From IMG/VR virus record IMGVR_UViG_3300021067_000006, positions 1 through 64,000 of that record: a DNA stretch of 64,000 nt; one strand, 5' to 3'. This stretch comes from a virus. Below the pieces are notes generated by a model. The model ran no database searches. It was not told the origin of the DNA and saw only the letters and a list, made by a program, of their open reading frames with translations. Shown one piece after another: positions 10,148 through 20,219 of the stretch (positions are counted from its first letter, which is position 1; each line of letters begins with the position of its first letter). A program made the position numbers and the translations under genes.

Positions 10148-10351
10148 TCAGCCGCCGCCGAGCCGGTACGGCTTCGCCGCGTTGCCGATCGTGCCGACAC
10201 CGGTCGCGTTGCCGTCGGCCGAGCGAGCGGGGTTCAGGTGCCGCGTCTTGACGACGTGCCGCTCGCCGAGCGAGCCCTCGCCGTGCGGCGCGTGCGGTGA
10301 GGCCTTGGGCTTCGACTGCCGGAAAAAGTCGGTGCGCTTCGCTGTTGCCAT
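10148..10351 (-). CDS. small basic hypothetical protein
   Basis: TAGCCT-N6-ATG start. Confidence 0.5.
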   Translation of the reverse strand: MATAKRTDFFRQSKPKASPHAPHGEGSLGERHVVKTRHLNPARSADGNATGVGTIGNAAKPYRLGGG

Positions 10352-10396
10352 GCGGCAAGGCTAGCGCGCGTCTCCCGCCCGCGACAATAGCTCGAG

Positions 10397-10699
10397 GTGA
10401 AGCAACCCCCGACGAAGCCGCCGCGCGCTCGCGCAATGCCGGCCATCCCGCCCCCGCCGCGGCGTAAAAGCGACGCGCCGAGCATCAGCGTCGAACCAGC
10501 GACGCGGCCTCAGTTCTCGACCACCGAGCGTGAAACGGACCGCTCGAGCGAGGAAGTCGCGCAGGCGCAGCAGCTGCTGCAGCTTTGCCACGAGCTCGAC
10601 GCAGACGGCCGGCAGCTAGTGCTCGACATCACGCACAGCGTGCTGCGCTACCAGACGCGAGCTCGCGCGCGGCGCCGGTCAACGAAGCCGGAACGATGA
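10397..10699 (+). CDS. hypothetical protein, only plausible plus-strand gene
   Basis: fills a gap with no convincing minus-strand gene; helical C-term 'LLQLCHELDADGRQLVLDI'. Confidence 0.4.
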   Translation: MKQPPTKPPRARAMPAIPPPPRRKSDAPSISVEPATRPQFSTTERETDRSSEEVAQAQQLLQLCHELDADGRQLVLDITHSVLRYQTRARARRRSTKPER

Positions 10700-10873
10700 G
10701 CGCGGCGCCGGCGGTCGGCCGAACGCACGACGCGGCGAGCCGAGCGGCAGCTTGAGCCGTGGCGCTCCCGACGGCTTCGCCTTCATCGTGCCCGCGCGCA
10801 GGTCTTGCTTCACATCGGGCGATAGCTCGTCGGTCGTTCCGGAAACCGTCGCGATTCGGTAGGGCAACGCCAT
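10679..10873 (-). CDS. small hypothetical protein
   Basis: TAGCCT-N6-ATG start. Confidence 0.4.
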   Translation of the reverse strand: MALPYRIATVSGTTDELSPDVKQDLRAGTMKAKPSGAPRLKLPLGSPRRAFGRPPAPRSSFRLR

Positions 10874-10882
10874 GCCCGAAGG

Positions 10883-11053
10883 CTAGCGCTTCGGCTTCGG
10901 TGGCGGCGCTTTGCGCGCCACACGCTCACCGCGCTCGAGCTCGAGCCGCGAGGCTTTCTCGATCGCGTTCTCCGGCGTTGGGTCGCCGGGTTTCAGGAAC
11001 GCGACGTCGGAAGGATCCGTCATCCGACGGGGCGGTGTTTTCTTGGCAGCCAT
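10883..11053 (-). CDS. 56-aa protein directly downstream of MuF-toxin gene (not in ORF track)
   Basis: MAAKKTPPRRMTDPSDVAFLKPGDP...; CATAAT-N7-ATG. Confidence 0.45.
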   Translation of the reverse strand: MAAKKTPPRRMTDPSDVAFLKPGDPTPENAIEKASRLELERGERVARKAPPPKPKR

Positions 11054-11061
11054 GGCGACGA

Positions 11062-13545
11062 TTATGCGTCGATCTCTTCGAGATGCAGGGTCACTTGGTG
11101 CGCGACTCCGTTCGACAGCCGTTCCACTTCGCGGTGCACGATGACGAACCGGCAGCCCGCAGGCAGCAGCACCTCGCGCTCGTCGCGATGCAATGAGATG
11201 TCCTCGACAGGGATGCCCGACCGCTGTCGGATCTTGAACATCACGCCGCCCTTTGCGCCGAACCCTTCCGATACGCCCTTGTCCACAGTCGTTGAGATGA
11301 AGCTCGGAAATGCGACGTGTGAGCCGACCTCGGCGTCAACGTACTGCCGCCAGATGTGATCGGGGATGCCGCTTTTCCACTCGCCGCGAACGACCGCGCC
11401 CGGAAGATTCTCGCCGGCCTCTTTTGCTGCGCGTAGTGCGGACTGAATCCCTTCTGCTTTTCGTCGCAAGCGCTCGCGATCGGCCTCGGCGTATTCGCCG
11501 GGGTTTCGAAGAAACCCGTTGACCGAAGCGTACGCCGAGCCCGTGTAGTCCATGACGTCGTTCCCGTTCGGGTGACCGCGAAGAAAAAACGCAGCTTTCG
11601 CAGCACGCTCGCGCGCCGCGCGTTCCGTCGCATCGATCTCACGGTTCTCGATCGGCTTGAACGAAACGTCGGCGCCGGTACCCTTCGCGCGCTTCGCCTC
11701 GGCCGTCATGCGCCTGACCTCGGCGTCGAGTTTGTTCGTGCGCGACTCGAGCATGCGCACGATAGCGTTGCGATCGTCGACGTCGAGCTGCGTGCCGCGC
11801 GGCACAACCGAGTCCACGTACTTCGCCCACCCGCCGTGTTTGTTGCGCAGTTTTTTGAGCGCGGCGACTCCGCGCTTGAGCTCGGGTAGCGCGTCCTCAG
11901 GACGCTCGATGCCAGCCTCGCGCGCGACGCGCGCGTACGCCGGGTTGACGCTCGGATCGAGAAACCCCTTCAGCTCGGTGATGTTCTCAAGCAGGTGCGC
12001 CGGCTTCCTTCCCGCCTGAGCTCGCATGAGGAACGTGCCGCCGTTGTCGACGCGCACGAGCTTGCCGCCCTTGAGCACGCCCAGGTTGTCGAGCGTGAGC
12101 CCGAAAGCATCCCAATTCCCCGTCACGATGTCGGCAGCGAGGCCCTTCATCGCGAGCTTGGCGCGCGGCTTCGTTAGCCCTTTCTTCTCCACCGTCGCGA
12201 GGCCCTCGACCATCTTGCTCGCGTACGCCGCGCGCCCCTGCGGCCCCTCGAATACGGTGCTCTCGACCGCGCCGAACCCCAGATCGGAATAGATGCGATT
12301 CGCGAGATGCTCGCCCCACGCCTGCGCGGGGTCCGTGTAGAACTTCACGTAGCGCTCGATGCCGTCGGCGCCGCGATACACGCCGCCCTCGTTCGAGCCC
12401 TTCTGCTCGCTCACGCGCTCGGCGAGGATGTTCGTCGCGTCGAGCACTAGCGGCGCGCGCACCGGCTCGGGTGCGGGCGGCGGCGGAGGCGGCGGAGGCG
12501 GCGGCGGAGGCGGCGGAGGCGCAGGCTCCGGCTTCTGTTCGCTCGGCACCGGCGGCGGCGCCACCTTGCCGAGCAGCGCGACGTCGACGGTGCTCATCTT
12601 CGGCCGCGCCGGCGGTGAGCCCTTGCGGCCCTCGGCAACCCAGCGCGCAGCGACTTCGCCGTCGCTCTTCGGCTTGAGCTCGGCCGGTAGCGGCCAGCTC
12701 ATACGGTGCGGCACGACCACCTCTCGATCGTTGGGGCGGTCGGGCGGATGCATGTACGAGCCGTTCCAACCGTCGAACGGCTCGTACGGTTTTCGGATCT
12801 GCCCGTGCACGGCATAGCTGTCGGCCGCGGTGCGATCGTCGAACGTCGCCGACAGGATCTTCAGCATGTCGCCGAGCTCGTCGTCGGCGTCCTGCAGCGC
12901 GACGTGCGCCGCGCGGTTGTGCGCGTACATCGTCTCGGTGCGGATGATGCGCTCAGCCCAGTACGCCGGCGCCTTCTGCAAGAACGGCGAGTCTTTCACG
13001 AGCTCAGCGCGAACGTCGTTCCACGGCTTCGCCTGCACGAGCCGCTGCTGCAGCCGCTGTTCGAAGTTGCCGATCACGGCGTCGCCGTAGCGGTCGAGAA
13101 TGCCCTTGCCGCGCGGATCGTGCGGGTTGCTCGCGAGCCGACGCAGCAGCGACGACCTCGAGTCACCCGACACGTGCTCGAACAGCAGCGCCGTGTCGAG
13201 GCCGAGCGGGCGCGCCACGCCACGGAACTGCTTCTCGGCCGCCTCGAGGTAGCTGATCGCGCTCTCCGCCGCTTGCTTCGCGGCGCCGAGCCCCGTGTCC
13301 ACGACAGCGCCCGCCATCGCCGGCGCCATGCCCTTCAGCACCGCGCGCACCTGAGCGAGCGTCGCGCGTAGCTGCGTCTGCGTGAAGCTCGACACCGCGG
13401 GCGGCAGCGCTGCGAGCCGTTCTTCCATCTCGCGCTCGGCACGCTCGAGCACCTCGCGCATGCGCTTGACGCCGGCCACCTCGGCGAACCGCATCGCCGC
13501 CGCCTTGTCGGCGCGCAGCACCGCCAGCGCGTCGAGCTTCGCCAC
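11062..13545 (-). CDS. MuF (Mu gpF/SPP1 gp7-like) minor head protein fused to a kinase-like domain and an R-S-E ADP-ribosyltransferase
   Basis: MuF motifs 'AERIIRTE','DDRT','HPPDRPNDR'; poly-Pro linker; 'GSNEGGVY..YVK..E..NWD..DN..RVDNG'; ART 'YTG..Y..VNGFLR','VVRG','FISTT','EREVLLP'; start re-assigned to GTG 13545. Confidence 0.85.
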   Translation of the reverse strand: MAKLDALAVLRADKAAAMRFAEVAGVKRMREVLERAEREMEERLAALPPAVSSFTQTQLRATLAQVRAVLKGMAPAMAGAVVDTGLGAAKQAAESAISYLEAAEKQFRGVARPLGLDTALLFEHVSGDSRSSLLRRLASNPHDPRGKGILDRYGDAVIGNFEQRLQQRLVQAKPWNDVRAELVKDSPFLQKAPAYWAERIIRTETMYAHNRAAHVALQDADDELGDMLKILSATFDDRTAADSYAVHGQIRKPYEPFDGWNGSYMHPPDRPNDREVVVPHRMSWPLPAELKPKSDGEVAARWVAEGRKGSPPARPKMSTVDVALLGKVAPPPVPSEQKPEPAPPPPPPPPPPPPPPPAPEPVRAPLVLDATNILAERVSEQKGSNEGGVYRGADGIERYVKFYTDPAQAWGEHLANRIYSDLGFGAVESTVFEGPQGRAAYASKMVEGLATVEKKGLTKPRAKLAMKGLAADIVTGNWDAFGLTLDNLGVLKGGKLVRVDNGGTFLMRAQAGRKPAHLLENITELKGFLDPSVNPAYARVAREAGIERPEDALPELKRGVAALKKLRNKHGGWAKYVDSVVPRGTQLDVDDRNAIVRMLESRTNKLDAEVRRMTAEAKRAKGTGADVSFKPIENREIDATERAARERAAKAAFFLRGHPNGNDVMDYTGSAYASVNGFLRNPGEYAEADRERLRRKAEGIQSALRAAKEAGENLPGAVVRGEWKSGIPDHIWRQYVDAEVGSHVAFPSFISTTVDKGVSEGFGAKGGVMFKIRQRSGIPVEDISLHRDEREVLLPAGCRFVIVHREVERLSNGVAHQVTLHLEEIDA

Positions 13546-13555
13546 GCGCTCGAGC

Positions 13556-13858
13556 TTAGTCGAGATGCATCGGCCCGCCGAGCGCGAGCACCGTGTGCAG
13601 CTCGAGATGCAACGACGCTCCCTCGATGACGCCGCGCAGCTCCTGCCGCGCCTCGAGCAGGAATTCCTCGGCCTCGATCTGCGTGTGCCGTTCGAACCGC
13701 TGCTCGTACGGTGCAACGTCGTACGAGGCAGCGCCGTCGATCACGCGGTACCGCACGTAACCCTCGGTTCGCCCGCGCCGCTCGACGCGAACCGCGTAGA
13801 AGCGCCGCGCAAGCAGGCTCTTCGGCGTGCCCGTGCGTGGCGTTCGGTTCCCTCTCAC
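13556..13858 (-). CDS. hypothetical protein
   Basis: GTG overlapping portal TGA. Confidence 0.45.
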   Translation of the reverse strand: MRGNRTPRTGTPKSLLARRFYAVRVERRGRTEGYVRYRVIDGAASYDVAPYEQRFERHTQIEAEEFLLEARQELRGVIEGASLHLELHTVLALGGPMHLD

Positions 13859-15963
13859 ACGCCCTCGGCGGGTAGCTCCGGCTCGACCCCCGGCGTTGCC
13901 GACTCGACGATCGCCTCGGCTTCGACCTCGCCGATGGCTTCTCCCTTCGCCGTCTGCCGCGCGTTCTGCTTGGCCTCGTACGACGCGACCGTGAGGTCGT
14001 TGTCCGGATCGCGCGCGCCGTTTTTCATGAGCGGCGGCAGGCCCTTCGCCGCGCGCGCCTCGTGCACGAGCACGACGAGTTTCATGTCCGTTGCCGTGAG
14101 CAGCCCGTCGCCATCGAGCGGCTGCGTCGGCGCCGGCGTCTCGCCGTCGGTCGGCAGCACCGCGCCGCCCGCGCCCATCGTGAACAGCGAGCCATCGGCC
14201 TCGCGCCGTGCCGCTTCCTCTTTGGACACGGCATCCCATTCGGCGTTCGCGTCGCGGTCGAGCATGTTCGCGACGAGCTCGACCGCGGTGCGCTGCGACA
14301 GCACCGGCTTCGCGCCTGCGGCGTTCTGCACGGTGCCGATGCTCTTCTGCTTGTCGTCGGCCGTCGCCTTGAAATACTCGCCCCACTCGACCGTCACGAG
14401 CCCAGCGCCCGGCACGTGCTCGACGTGCCGTTCCGTTTCCTCGCCCGTCGGGTTGCCCTCTGCGTCGAGCACCGGTTCGCGGATGATGCGCGGCGGCAGT
14501 CGCAGGAAAAACTCGGCCTCTTGCAGCACCGGCTCGCCCGTCTCCTCATCGACGATCGGCTCGTCGTCGTCGCCGAACACAGGCACGACCGCAGCTTCCT
14601 CAACCACGCCATCGGGGTCCGGCATGCGCCGGCGCGCCGAGATGATCATCCCGTTTACGAGCCGCTCTATGCCGCGCTTGCCGTACTGCATGCGCAACAC
14701 GTCGGCCGCGGTGAGCATCGGCGCGTAGATCGCCTTGAGCGCGACGCTGCTCGAGCCGCTCGCCGCTGCCTTGTCGGGGTCGAGCAGCACGCAGTCGCAG
14801 ACCTCGAGCATCTGATCGCGCTCCATCTCGAGCACCGTTTTGCCCGCGGTCGCCGCGGTACCGCTGAGCTCGAGGTATTTTGCATCTCCCTGAGACCCAA
14901 CCGACAGCGCAGTCGTCGACCCCTTCGACACCGCGCCACCGCGCGGCATCGTTTCCTCGTCGACCTTGAGCACGAGCGTCGGGTCGAGGTTCCGCACCGT
15001 GCCATGCACGAGCACTGAGTTAAGCACGTCGATGCTGGTTGATTGCTCGTACGTCTGATCGTAGTCGGGCACTCCGTCGATGTCGCTCGGCTCGTCGCTC
15101 GGCTGGTTCACGATCCAAACGAAGTGCGGAAACCCGTCGTTGTGCACGACGGTCTGCTCTTCATCGATGCGCCACATCGGCGGCTCGTCGCGCACGATCT
15201 CCGGGTGGAACGCGACGTCGGCGAGCGGCGTCCAATCGCGACGAAACCAATGCGACTGCGGCACCATGTTCCCGCGGTCGTCGGGCGCGAGCATATCGAA
15301 CCGGTAGAGCTCGACCACGTGCGAGGGCAGGAACTCGTCGCGATCTTCCCACGCGACGACGTGCACGCAGTCGCCGCTGTGCACGCGCACGCGCGGCGCG
15401 CCGTCGACGAACGCCCACGACAGCCCAACCGTGCCAGCCGAGCCGCCGAGGTTGCGCGCCGAAAGCATCTGCACGGCCAGGCTGCTCGCTTCAACGAGCG
15501 CCTCGGCAAACGCCTGCGTCTCCGGATCGCTCGAGCGCATCTGCGGCCACCGGCCGTGACCGAACAGCAGTCCCGTGAACGCGCGCACGATCTTGCGCGG
15601 CAGCCGGTACGGTGCGCTCGGGCGGCGCGACGACAGCGGCACGTACTGCGACGGCACCGCGCCTTTGAGGTACGGCTGCGTCGTGCGAATTGCTTCTGGC
15701 CCCGGTATCAGCCGGCCTTCGAAGTCGTGCACCTTCAGGTCGTGCTGCTGCCCGCGGTAGAAGCTCGCGCGGAAGCGGAGCTCGCCGACGCGCGGTGCAT
15801 TCAGCAGCGCGCTCGGATCGATCGCGAGCGCAGCCTCGTCGAATCCGTAGTCGCCGAACGAATCGGCCGTGCGGATCGAACCATCGAGCGCACGCACAGC
15901 GGGAAACGGACCGGCGTTCGAGCCGCCCACGGGGAGCCGGATTACGTCGGCCTGCGATGCCAC
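13855..15963 (-). CDS. portal protein
   Basis: 702 aa upstream of MuF; SPP1-like features ('IVRAFTGLLFG','GDAKYLELSG','SSSVALKAIYAPM','LSQRTAVE'). Confidence 0.8.
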   Translation of the reverse strand: MASQADVIRLPVGGSNAGPFPAVRALDGSIRTADSFGDYGFDEAALAIDPSALLNAPRVGELRFRASFYRGQQHDLKVHDFEGRLIPGPEAIRTTQPYLKGAVPSQYVPLSSRRPSAPYRLPRKIVRAFTGLLFGHGRWPQMRSSDPETQAFAEALVEASSLAVQMLSARNLGGSAGTVGLSWAFVDGAPRVRVHSGDCVHVVAWEDRDEFLPSHVVELYRFDMLAPDDRGNMVPQSHWFRRDWTPLADVAFHPEIVRDEPPMWRIDEEQTVVHNDGFPHFVWIVNQPSDEPSDIDGVPDYDQTYEQSTSIDVLNSVLVHGTVRNLDPTLVLKVDEETMPRGGAVSKGSTTALSVGSQGDAKYLELSGTAATAGKTVLEMERDQMLEVCDCVLLDPDKAAASGSSSVALKAIYAPMLTAADVLRMQYGKRGIERLVNGMIISARRRMPDPDGVVEEAAVVPVFGDDDEPIVDEETGEPVLQEAEFFLRLPPRIIREPVLDAEGNPTGEETERHVEHVPGAGLVTVEWGEYFKATADDKQKSIGTVQNAAGAKPVLSQRTAVELVANMLDRDANAEWDAVSKEEAARREADGSLFTMGAGGAVLPTDGETPAPTQPLDGDGLLTATDMKLVVLVHEARAAKGLPPLMKNGARDPDNDLTVASYEAKQNARQTAKGEAIGEVEAEAIVESATPGVEPELPAEGV

Positions 15964-16978
15964 GATGGGCAGGCTACCACGCCCGCGCTCACAGCTTGCC
16001 GCGGTCGAGCATCACCTCGACGCGCCGCTCGGCGAACCGCGAGTCGTCGCTTACGCCGCCCTCGCAGGTGAGGAACACGCGAACCACCGACTCAGTCGTG
16101 CAGCCGACGCCCCAACACGCCGGCCTCATAACGTGCCCCGGTCGAACGAGACGACACCGAGCGCGCGCAGGCGCAGCGCGCGCCGGTCACGCGCCTCGTT
16201 GCGCCGCGCGTTGCGACACGGCTTGCACTCCGCGGTGATGCCCGCGGGCAGCCGCGCCATCCGGCACATCCGCTGCACCCGGAACCAACCCCGGCACTTG
16301 AAGCACCGATAGTGGCGAACGCCGTCGATGTCTCTCGTGCGAAGATGGCGCACGGCGCTGACCTCAGTCGCGCCCTTCGCGCCGGCGGCGCGCAGCTGCG
16401 ATGCGGTCGGCGGCGCTGCCCAGTGCGCACGCGCGCGGCGTGCGCACTGCCTCGGGCGCCGGCTCAGGGTCGGGCGCCATGAGCGCGCGCGCCTCGTCGC
16501 CAACAATCGGTGCGGGCGCTGTCGGCACGACACCCGATTCGGCAAGGTCCTGCCCGAAGTCCGCGGCGCGCGCCGGCACGATCGTCTGCCGGCGCGGCAC
16601 CTCGACGGGGGTGTCTTCGCCGCGCTCTTCGACGTCGCGCGACGGCAGCCGCGCCGGGCGAACGCTGAGGCGCCGCGCCGACCAGCGCAGCAATCGAGCG
16701 GCAACGTAATCGAGCAGCGCGTTCAGCATCGGATCATCCCAACGAGCAACATGAAGACGACGCAAGCGAGCGTGAGGTTCCACGCAAACCGCTCGTCATA
16801 TGCTGTTTCAGTCGCCGATGGTGACGACCCCAGGTACCTGGAGAAGAAAGACGAACAGGCCCGCGAAGAACGCGAGCCTCCCCGCCTCTGCGACTTTGGC
16901 GTTGCCTGATGCAAACCAGGCGAGCAGACCGATGACACAGACGGCGAGAGCGAGCAGCGCGATCGGCATACGGGCAGG

Positions 16979-17263
16979 TTAGCAGTCATCGGCTGCAGCA
17001 CAGGATGCCGCAGCCGCAACGCACTCGATTGGGTAACGCAGAGTGCCGGAACGCTCGACGTTGCCGCACACCGCTTCGCACGGCTCACCCGCAGGTGTCG
17101 GCTCTGCCGCCTGGCAGCCGAGCTCGCGCAACCGGCGACACGCGCGCGAGCAGCCCGACGGATCACGCGGCGGTTCGACCCGCGGCTCGACTGGCGCCGG
17201 CGGGGGAGGTGGCGGCGCTGCCGAACAGGCGAGCGCGAGCAACAGCGCAGAGAGCGCCCTCAC
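16979..17263 (-). CDS. Cys-rich putative lipoprotein
   Basis: signal-like 'RALSALLLALAC', Pro linker, paired Cys. Confidence 0.55.
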   Translation of the reverse strand: MRALSALLLALACSAAPPPPPPAPVEPRVEPPRDPSGCSRACRRLRELGCQAAEPTPAGEPCEAVCGNVERSGTLRYPIECVAAAASCAAADDC

Positions 17264-18000
17264 GGCCCGCCCTTCGCGTCGACGACCCAGAGGTCGACGC
17301 CGGTCGCGACCCACGCCTCAGACGCCAGCGCGAAGCCGCCGCGGCCCCACGCGCGGCCCCACGAATTGAGCAGCCGGAACGTGCCGTCGGCGTCGTAGCC
17401 AACGAGCACCACTGCATGCCCGCCGATGCTCTCCACTTCGGGCTCGACGACGGCACCGACGTTGTCGACGAACCGTGGACCAACCTGCCAGCCGCCGACG
17501 ACGGGATGCCCCTCGGCAAGCGCGCGGCGCACCGCGTTCGGTTCGCCCGACGGTAGCCGGTAGTAGCCGCGCGCGCCGCGAAGGTCGTGCGCCGATCGGA
17601 ACGCGCCGATCGGCGGCTGCCTACTCACGAGCTCCGCGGCGAACGGCCAAGCCGTCTCTGCCGCGATACCGAACCGCACAGCCGCGGCGGCGCCGCTCCG
17701 GAGATAGCTCCCGAAGTCGCCGCCCGTGTGCCCGTTCCACTCGGCGCGACCCGTGAAGTAGCTGAACAGCGCGCTGAGCTCGGGGCAACGCCGGCCGTGC
17801 GTGAGCATCGAAAGCCGCACAGCCTGCGCCCATGCCTGCCCGGTGCAAGAATTGGTGAGACCCTGGTCGCGCGCGAACACCGCCGGATGCGAGACGTCGG
17901 CGCTCGGCGGCGGCGGTGAATCGGCGAGATGGCCGATCAGCAGCCGCAACGGACGGTCGCGTTCGTCCTCGGGGTCGACAAGATAGCCGAGCCCTCTCAC
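17260..18000 (-). CDS. papain-family (C1) cysteine peptidase
   Basis: 'DQGLTNSCTG' (Q,C), 'GGHAVVLVGY' (H), 'LNSWGRAWG' (N). Confidence 0.9.
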   Translation of the reverse strand: MRGLGYLVDPEDERDRPLRLLIGHLADSPPPPSADVSHPAVFARDQGLTNSCTGQAWAQAVRLSMLTHGRRCPELSALFSYFTGRAEWNGHTGGDFGSYLRSGAAAAVRFGIAAETAWPFAAELVSRQPPIGAFRSAHDLRGARGYYRLPSGEPNAVRRALAEGHPVVGGWQVGPRFVDNVGAVVEPEVESIGGHAVVLVGYDADGTFRLLNSWGRAWGRGGFALASEAWVATGVDLWVVDAKGGP

Positions 18001-18284
18001 GGCAGCTTCACCTCGAACTCGACGCGCTGCACAACGAGCACCACGCGAGCCGCGATGTGCTTCCACTCGAGCTCACCGAGCGAACCGCGCGGGAACGTTC
18101 CGCCCTGCGGCACGCCCTCGGCCTGCAGGTACAGCACCGCGAACTCGGCGAGCCCAAAGCCACCACGCTCGGCGAGCCGCTCGAGCGACTGCTCGGTGCC
18201 GTACCGGGCAGAATAGGCGCGATACGCCTGCTCCGCCGCAGCCCACGGCACCGAGCCAACCCCTTGAATGGGGAACCGCTTCAC
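17997..18284 (-). CDS. hypothetical protein
   Basis: coupled ORF, 'QSLERLAERGGFG'. Confidence 0.5.
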   Translation of the reverse strand: MKRFPIQGVGSVPWAAAEQAYRAYSARYGTEQSLERLAERGGFGLAEFAVLYLQAEGVPQGGTFPRGSLGELEWKHIAARVVLVVQRVEFEVKLP

Positions 18285-18640
18285 GGCTCCGGCTCGACGC
18301 TCGGCTCGGTGCCGACGAGGTCGAGCGCCGCTCGAGCGCGCTGCGACAGCTCGACCTGCTCCGACGCCGCGCCGACGCGCGTGCCCACGCGGAACAGATC
18401 GTCGAGCACGCACGCGACGACCTCAGCGCCGTGCTGGCGCGCGAGCTCATCGAGCGACGGCCGATCGGCGCCGCGCTCGAGCACGTCGACTACGCGCCTG
18501 AGCACGTCCGCCGCCGGCGCCGCCGCGCACTTCGCAGCCCGCGGCCAGTCGACGCCGCCCTGCCCGTTGCAGGACGTGAGCGCGAGCGCGGTCGCGATGA
18601 GCGGCAGCGTCGAGCGCACGAAAGCGAAACGCGTCCTCAT
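18281..18640 (-). CDS. putative lipoprotein
   Basis: signal peptide ending 'LALTSC'. Confidence 0.55.
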   Translation of the reverse strand: MRTRFAFVRSTLPLIATALALTSCNGQGGVDWPRAAKCAAAPAADVLRRVVDVLERGADRPSLDELARQHGAEVVACVLDDLFRVGTRVGAASEQVELSQRARAALDLVGTEPSVEPEP

Positions 18641-19260
18641 CGGTCCTTACGCGCGCGGTGCTGCGCCTCGCCTTCCCGCTCGGCGCGGTTGCGGGTTTCG
18701 TGCGGCGTCTGACCTTCCTGCACCGGGATCGGCGGGGAGCCCGGACCCTCGTTCGTCACGTTGCGGCCCGTGTAATCCGGCTCGAGTGGACCCGACGGCT
18801 GCTGCGTCTCGCCGCCCTCGGCGCGCTTCGTGACCGCCGCCGTCTGCGTCTGCTCCGACTCGGCGAGCGCAGCGAGCGTGCTACGCGCGTCGGCGTCGCC
18901 GCCTTGAGCTCGACGCTGCAGATCCGCGCGGCCCTTGTCGTCGAGCTCGAGCGGCTTGTCGAGCATCGCGAGGCGCTTCGACGCCACGACGTCGCCGCCC
19001 TGCGCACGCTTCTGCAGCTCTTCGCGCAGCGCCGCCTTCTGCTTCTCGGCCTGATCGCCCTGCTGCTGCCCGCCCTGCTGCTGCTCGGGCGGCTTCGACT
19101 CTTCGGGCTTCTCGTTCTCGCCGAGCAGCTTCGCCTCGAGGTCGTTGTTTTCCTCGTCGTTGTTCGCCTTGACCCAAGCCTCGGCGTCCTCTTTCGGACC
19201 ATCGATCTGATGAACAGCGACCGCGCCCGTCTTCTTGTTTTTCAGCTGAACTCGATTCAT
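18637..19260 (-). CDS. hydrophilic hypothetical protein with internal repeat
   Basis: 'LQKRAQGGD' / 'LQRRAQGGD' / 'KRAEGGE'. Confidence 0.55.
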   Translation of the reverse strand: MNRVQLKNKKTGAVAVHQIDGPKEDAEAWVKANNDEENNDLEAKLLGENEKPEESKPPEQQQGGQQQGDQAEKQKAALREELQKRAQGGDVVASKRLAMLDKPLELDDKGRADLQRRAQGGDADARSTLAALAESEQTQTAAVTKRAEGGETQQPSGPLEPDYTGRNVTNEGPGSPPIPVQEGQTPHETRNRAEREGEAQHRARKDR

Positions 19261-20219
19261 GGGAGCCCTCACGGTTTTGATGCGTGTGCCCCACGACCGT
19301 AGCAGCTCAGCGGCGCCGCTTGCGGTGCTTTTCGGCGAGCCTCGAAACCTTACCGTTAGCCGGCACGACGAACGGTGCGAAGCGCTCAGGACCCTCGACG
19401 CGACGCCAGTACCGCGCCCCCGGCATGAGGTCGCGTTCGGTGTACGGCCCGAGCGGTCCACGGTGCTGCACGGCAGAGAGGTCGTCGGGTCCGATGTCCT
19501 CGCCACCGCTGCCAGTCGCTCCCTCGGATCGCAACGCGGCGATGCCAATCTCGCGCGCGTCGAACCACAGCCGCGCGAGCACGAGCACGCCTTCGCCGGT
19601 GCCGCGCACGACCACCCGCCACAGCACCGGCGTCGCCTCAGGTGCAGCGAGCTCGCGGCGGTGCGCCGCCTTGCCCTTGCTCATCGCACCGCCGAGAACG
19701 TAGAGACCGCCGACCAGCACGCCACGACACCACGCGCCACGACGTGCAGCCTGAGCGCGAGGAAGCCGGACGCCGCCGACTGACAGCGCGACACGCCGCG
19801 CACGAGCGTGTTCTCGGGCAGCACGGGCGCCGCGCGCTTCGCGTTCTCGACCACGGTCAGCCCCGCCGACACCGCGCTCGGCGTGCCCGTGTCGGCAACG
19901 AGGCGCACCGAGTCGAGCACAGCATCAGGCGCCACGGCACGGAACCGCACGGCCCAATGCAGATCGACGATACCTTCGCCGATCTGAATCGCCATCGGGC
20001 AGCCGCGCTCGCCGGCGAGACGGTCGAACGACCAACCGTTGTCACCGCCCCACCCACGCCGCACGTAACCGCCGAGCGACCAGTCGCTGAGCGCTCGCAC
20101 GTCGACGGGCAGCAGCACCGCACCGATGCTCTCGAGCCGCGTGAACGCGAGGCGAGCGCCGCTCAGGACGAGCTCGCCTTCGCGGTGCGGTTCGGTCGGA
20201 TGTTCTGCAATCACGTAGT

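Noticed and set aside
12471-12522. GGCGGCGGA microsatellite as a contingency locus
   Set aside because: In-frame triplet-based repeat that simply encodes the poly-Pro linker
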